The position numbers were made by a program, and so were the translations under genes. A stretch of 64,000 nucleotides of DNA from Thermodesulfovibrionales bacterium (GTDB lineage: Bacteria; Nitrospirota; Thermodesulfovibrionia; Thermodesulfovibrionales; SM23-35): contig CAVSHJ010000022.1 in the NCBI GenBank assembly GCA_963727725.1, positions 2,008 through 66,007 on the forward strand. The letters are read 5' to 3'. Below, piece by piece: positions 63,262 to 64,000 of the stretch. The notes beneath the pieces are model-generated. The model saw only the letters and a program-made list of their open reading frames with translations. It was not told the origin of the DNA and ran no database searches. Each line of letters opens with the position of its first letter. Positions within the stretch are counted from its first letter, which is position 1.

Positions 63262-64000
63262 ATTGTCAGTAGTTGCACCGTGCTTCAATGAGGAGAAAAA
63301 CATTCCTGAACTCGTAGAAAGACTGTTAAAGACATTCTCGAAAAAAAATATTAATGGAGAAATAATACTCGTCGACGACGGCAGCCGTGATGCGACCGGC
63401 GAGGTGATCGATGGTTTTGCCCAACAGTCTTCCGCCATAAGGGCTGTCGCACCACCCTAAAAACCGGGGAATCTATGAGGCATGGAAAACCGGCCTCAGC
63501 GTTGCTCAGGGCGAATTTGCATGTTTTATCGATGCGGATATTCAATACCTTCCCGAGGACGTATGGAGGCTCCATAGGGAAATAAGGAGTTACCGTCACG
63601 ATCTTGTGCAGGGTTTCAGAAGCTCGGTAGGAAGGCTCAGGGATTCAAGATATGTGTTAAGTAAGTCCTTGAATTTTCTTTTGAATTCACTCTTCAATAT
63701 GCGTCTGCGCGATAATAAATCGGGTTTTGTCATTGCACGCAGGGAGATTTTGGAAGAAATACTGAGGGTTCGTTATAAGTATTACTATCCCCAGACTTTC
63801 ATCGCTGTAGCGGCCCATTCCAGGGGATACACGATCCGCGAGGTAGAAAGCCTTTTTCAAAGCCGGCTTCTGGGTGAATCCTTCATTGCGGGGGATACGC
63901 TCAAAGTTGTCGTATTGAGTCTTCTGGACCTGTGCAAAGCTTTCCTTGAATTTAGGTTGCTTCTGAGTAAGGAAAATTTGATCCGCGATTTCCTGAAAGA
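63251..64000 (+). CDS. GT2 glycosyltransferase (polyprenol-phosphate GT-like), frameshifted near 63455, runs off the window
   Basis: VVAPCFNEEKNI, VDDGSRD, then CFIDADIQYLPED in another frame. Confidence 0.8.

Noticed and set aside
1-64000. rRNA, tRNA or riboswitch genes
   Set aside because: None recognised by eye in the intergenic regions; a covariance-model scan is needed to exclude them

Overview
Bacterial chromosomal DNA, probably from an anaerobe. A Nitrospirota/Thermodesulfovibrionia- or Desulfobacterota-like source is inferred from gene content only. Many genes are split by single-base indels, which looks more like long-read error than real decay. In order, the window holds: gapN; a TolC; pepF; a decayed integron (5'-truncated IntI, an AT-rich cassette with an RX4H motif, a 5'-truncated group IIC intron sitting in an attC R'' box, a further attC, and an RHH/MazF toxin-antitoxin cassette); OmpA, DUF296 and YcbK genes; an unannotated 43-aa CxxC-CxxC protein; two tandem tripartite ABC exporters; etfB-etfA(ferredoxin)-fabD-arnT-PAP2-xerC-hslVU-rlpA-aroE; a Tat-exported [NiFe] hydrogenase behind a sigma54 promoter; PBP1A; ftsY; and a glycan region of about 26 kb. 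The best candidate for an undescribed system is the 37.7-50.8 kb operon. It starts with a PqqD/RRE protein carrying its own lasso-type leader and a short acidic core (FETPAL...LLLLDPIHEVDDTGWP). This is followed by an HPr-kinase-like/GT2 fusion, six GT2 domains sharing a basic C-terminal LKxSLDRRR-type helix, GT4s, a QW-repeat alpha/alpha-barrel protein and an aldo-keto reductase that share a duplicated ~25-aa tail, a GT10 and a nucleotidyltransferase. No lasso cyclase or leader peptidase is visible in the window, so this may be a RiPP-derived peptide/protein-primed glycosylation system.
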